A stretch of 63,862 nt of DNA, filler included. It is 6 parts of 6 records of this genome, joined end to end, with 100 filler letters (N's around TTAATTAATTAA, not from the genome) between each part and the next. Parts side by side here need not be neighbours in the genome. Positions count along the whole stretch, not along the records: positions 55,898 to 63,862 come from SRR20825019_1972; 5 more parts are not named here. One strand, given 5' to 3'. A program made the translations under genes and the position numbers. Shown one piece after another: positions 60,944 to 63,862 of this stretch (position 1 is the first letter of the stretch; the number at the start of each line of letters is the position of its first letter). The notes below the pieces were generated by a model. That model saw only the letters and a list, made by a program, of their open reading frames with translations. It searched no databases and was not told the DNA's origin.

Positions 60944-61261
60944 CATAGTTAATTGTTGAAGAATTATTTAAACTATTTTGAACACTACTAAAATAGTAAG
61001 GTTTTATATATGTTGAGGTTAATGATAAATGAAAAAGATTAATGAAAGGTTAATTAGATTAATAATAGCTTAATGAGTTACAGATTTTTATAAATTATAG
61101 TTCTCATAAAGTGATATTTAAAATGAGAGAGGCCATAAGTCGATTTATTTTTTAGATTTGTTTAAATCAAGAACTTCGAGGGAAGCCTTGAGGTATTAAA
61201 CCCTTTCTGAGGTAATAATGCCTATAAATTTCTGCTGTGGCAGATTGTTAAGTTAGTAAGT

Positions 61262-62539
61262 ATGCTCAATTTCAAAAAAGGATATATTATAATTTTCATT
61301 ATTTCGGTAATTGGGTTGGCTTTTATTCAATATCAATACTTAAAAGTTGGATTGAATTTAGCAAAGGTTCAATTTAATTCTAAAGCAGGGCAGGCGGTAC
61401 AAGCTATTAAGCAAGATTTGAATCACCAAAATGAACTAACTTTTTTAATGGAACAGGCTATTACCAAAGACAGTTCCTATTTTAAGATGAGTGTAGATAG
61501 CATTCAAGATGCTTCTCGTTATTTTTTGAATGATTTTTTAGTAGACCGATTGATGCAAAGTGGAATTAAATCTGAATTTAATTACCGTCTTTTTAAAAAC
61601 GATTCCACTGTATATTTAACATCTCCTAATTATAAAGTTTCCGATGAAGAGCAGCTTAAATTTCCGATAGTTCTTAGTGGATATTTACCTGAAAAAATAA
61701 ATGAACGATTAATTTTAGAGCTTCAGTTTGAAGATTTGAATAATTATTTTCTTTCACAATTAAATGGCTTAACTATTCCGAGTTTAATTTTTATAATAGC
61801 TATTATTCTCGTTGTAATATGGGTGTTACGATCGCTTTATTGGCAGCGGAGTGTTATAACTACTACCAATGATTTTATAAATAACCTTACACACGAATTA
61901 AAAACTCCTGTTTTTTCAATAGGGCTTGCTACCAAATTGTTGTCTGAAAAAGCTACTGACGAAACAAAGCCAATTGTAGCTATTATTAGAGAGCAAAATA
62001 ATAAATTGAAAGTTCAAATTGAAAAGGTTTTGGACTTGGCAGGTTTGGAGAGTAGAAAAAGTGTGATGGATTTACAATTAACAGATTTTAGACCTAATTT
62101 ACTTTCCTTGGCAACTTCTTTTTCTAAATTATCCAATTTGGAAAATATAGATTTTGAATATGAACTTCAAGATGGAGCGTATTGGATTTTGTGTGAACCA
62201 AATCATTTAGAGAATGCCATTAATAATTTATTAGATAATGCCAAGAAATATTCTGAAGGTAAACCAGTAATAAGATTAACAGCGGTTACAAAGGGCAATC
62301 AAATGTATGTTGAAGTGAAGGATAATGGAATTGGAATTGCAGAAAATGAATTGAAGAATGTTTTTAAAAAGTATCATAGAATAATCTCTGGCGATCTCCA
62401 TAAAGTGCGAGGCTACGGTCTTGGACTAAGTTATGTAAAGCAAGTAATACGCTTGCATAAAGGGAAGGTGTTTTTGAAAAGTAAAATTAACGAAGGAACT
62501 GTAGTTACAATTAAAGTACCCCATCAATTACCTCGGTAA
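61262..62539 (+). CDS. Sensor histidine kinase
   Basis: Two TM helices; H box NLTHELKTP, N box NLLDNAKKY, G boxes DNGIG and GYGLGL. Confidence 0.95.
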   Translation: MLNFKKGYIIIFIISVIGLAFIQYQYLKVGLNLAKVQFNSKAGQAVQAIKQDLNHQNELTFLMEQAITKDSSYFKMSVDSIQDASRYFLNDFLVDRLMQSGIKSEFNYRLFKNDSTVYLTSPNYKVSDEEQLKFPIVLSGYLPEKINERLILELQFEDLNNYFLSQLNGLTIPSLIFIIAIILVVIWVLRSLYWQRSVITTTNDFINNLTHELKTPVFSIGLATKLLSEKATDETKPIVAIIREQNNKLKVQIEKVLDLAGLESRKSVMDLQLTDFRPNLLSLATSFSKLSNLENIDFEYELQDGAYWILCEPNHLENAINNLLDNAKKYSEGKPVIRLTAVTKGNQMYVEVKDNGIGIAENELKNVFKKYHRIISGDLHKVRGYGLGLSYVKQVIRLHKGKVFLKSKINEGTVVTIKVPHQLPR

Positions 62540-62574
62540 AAGCCTAAGAAGTGTTAAAATGAAACAAAAAGGAA

Positions 62575-63261
62575 ATGAATAAAATATTATTAGTAGAAGA
62601 TGATAATTCCCTTGGGTATTTACTGAGTGAATATTTAAAAATGAAGAATTTTCAATTGCATTGGGTTACCAATGGAGTCAAGGCTTTGGCAATTCTGGAA
62701 AAAGAGAATTTCGATTTACTAATTTTAGATGTAATGATGCCAGAAATGGACGGATTTACATTGGCAGAAAAAATTAGAGATTTATACCCATCTGTTCCTT
62801 TTATATTTTTAACAGCACGTTCTTTAAAAATTGATGTTTTAAAAGGGTTTTCTTTAGGAGCAGTAGATTATTTAAAGAAACCGATTGATGAAGAAGAATT
62901 GGTAGTTAGAATACAGACGTTGTTATCAAGGTTGCAAGTTACTAGTAATGAAGAAAATTTTAATGAAATCCAAATTGGGCGGTATATTTTTAATCCTAAG
63001 CTTCAGCAGTTAAAATTTGAGGAAGAGATTATTTCACTAACCTCAAGGGAAAGTGAATTGTTACTGTTTTTATGGAGGCGTAAAAATGAATTAGCGCCGC
63101 ATAAAGATATTCTAACAAGTATCTGGGGAGAAAATGATTATTTTAACCGAAAGAGTTTAAATGTATTTATTTCTCATCTTCGAAAATATTTAAGTAAAGA
63201 TGCTACAATAGCTATTGAAAATATCCATAATAAAGGATTTCTATTAAAGTTAACAGAATAG
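62575..63261 (+). CDS. OmpR-family response regulator
   Basis: ILLVEDD, LDVMMP.MDG, FLTA, KP; wHTH LTSRE..LL, RKSLNVFIS.LRK, GF.L. Confidence 0.95.
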   Translation: MNKILLVEDDNSLGYLLSEYLKMKNFQLHWVTNGVKALAILEKENFDLLILDVMMPEMDGFTLAEKIRDLYPSVPFIFLTARSLKIDVLKGFSLGAVDYLKKPIDEEELVVRIQTLLSRLQVTSNEENFNEIQIGRYIFNPKLQQLKFEEEIISLTSRESELLLFLWRRKNELAPHKDILTSIWGENDYFNRKSLNVFISHLRKYLSKDATIAIENIHNKGFLLKLTE

Positions 63262-63287
63262 AAAACGCCTCTATGAAGAGGCGTTTT
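63262..63287. terminator. Bidirectional terminator between the convergent RR and susD genes
   Basis: AAAACGCCTCT-ATGA-AGAGGCGTTTT. Confidence 0.8.
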
Positions 63288-63316
63288 GCATGTTCAAAAA
63301 TAGTTAAAAACTCTAT

Positions 63317-63862
63317 TTAGTAACCTTCGTTTTGAGTTAGGTTAGGATTAGTAATAATAGCAGTTTCAGGAATAGGGAATAATACTCTAAACGCTTCAGT
63401 ATTATCTTTAAACTCCCATGTGTCATTAAATTTTCCGAAGCGAATTAAATCGTTTCTTCTCCAATATTCGCCATACAATTCTCTACCTCTTTCATCCAAC
63501 AAGTTTTCTTCTGTTAATGAGCCAAAAGGGGTTGCGCCTCTAAGTGTTCTTAAATCATTTACTAAAGTAAGTGCATCTTCTCCAGAAGAAGTACCTCCAC
63601 GCATAATAGCTTCAGCCTTCATTAAATGTGCATCGGCATATCTAAATAGCACCATATGGTTAGCAAAAGAACCATTTTCTGGACTGTATTTAAGAACTCT
63701 AATTCCAGTTACTTCATTGTTACCTAAAAGTCCTGGTAAGTCTTTAGTATAAGAAAGAGGGTTCCCTTGTCGGTTTTTAAGCTGTTCTCCTTTAGGACCG
63801 AATTGTTGTCCGATAAGGAAACCATAACCAATATTAGAACCATCTTTTATTCCATCTCCATC
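63317..63862 (-). CDS. SusD/RagB lipoprotein, C-terminal part (5' truncated)
   Basis: FRYADAHLMKAEA, LDERGRELYGE.WRRNDLIRFG, FPIP, QNEGY; frame open to the window end. Confidence 0.92.
   Translation of the reverse strand, partial: DGDGIKDGSNIGYGFLIGQQFGPKGEQLKNRQGNPLSYTKDLPGLLGNNEVTGIRVLKYSPENGSFANHMVLFRYADAHLMKAEAIMRGGTSSGEDALTLVNDLRTLRGATPFGSLTEENLLDERGRELYGEYWRRNDLIRFGKFNDTWEFKDNTEAFRVLFPIPETAIITNPNLTQNEGY

Noticed and set aside
60713-61203. Two degenerate REP-like palindromes (~60715-60745 and ~61170-61203) as ends of a mobile unit
   Set aside because: Similarity is weak, they do not flank the TCS, and no transposase or target duplication is visible.

Overview
This window is not one locus. 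It is six unrelated contigs joined by artificial 100-nt linkers (N44-TTAATTAATTAA-N44 at 14537, 23117, 35998, 45585 and 55798). (1) 1-14536: GC-rich gammaproteobacterial (Marinobacter-like) core chromosome bounded by complementary halves of tRNA-Asn. It carries an M18 aminopeptidase, an OMP, rlmKL, rmf, pyrD, a CDF transporter, an RLAN/RimK-type ATP-grasp ligase divergent from a GNAT-C39 fusion, uvrB and an aminotransferase. The pyrD-CDF spacer holds a DARS-like DnaA-box/Fis/IHF module. (2) 14637-23116: high-GC alphaproteobacterial (Rhodobacteraceae-like) Pot-type ABC transporter, FAD oxidoreductase, YfcC transporter, GntR regulator and a peptide ABC ATPase. (3) 23217-35997: a compact eukaryotic genome fragment with ~50-nt spliceosomal introns, encoding anoctamin, yippee, GT61, a BBOX-like dioxygenase, an orphan gene, ICMT and tRNA-Ala, with GC-rich islands at gene 5' ends. 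(4) 36098-45584: AT-rich Flavobacteriia ECF sigma-FecR-SusC-SusD-M16 peptidase locus. (5) 45685-55797: Flavobacteriia housekeeping block (tRNA-Leu fragment, prs, rplY, pth, ribF, HTTM protein, serS, nrdB, nrdA). (6) 55898-63862: Flavobacteriia SusD and two FG-GAP/VCBS lipoproteins, interrupted by an opposite-strand two-component system. No CRISPR array, transposase or integrase was seen. Taxonomic labels and protein family calls come from composition and recognised motifs, not from database searches.
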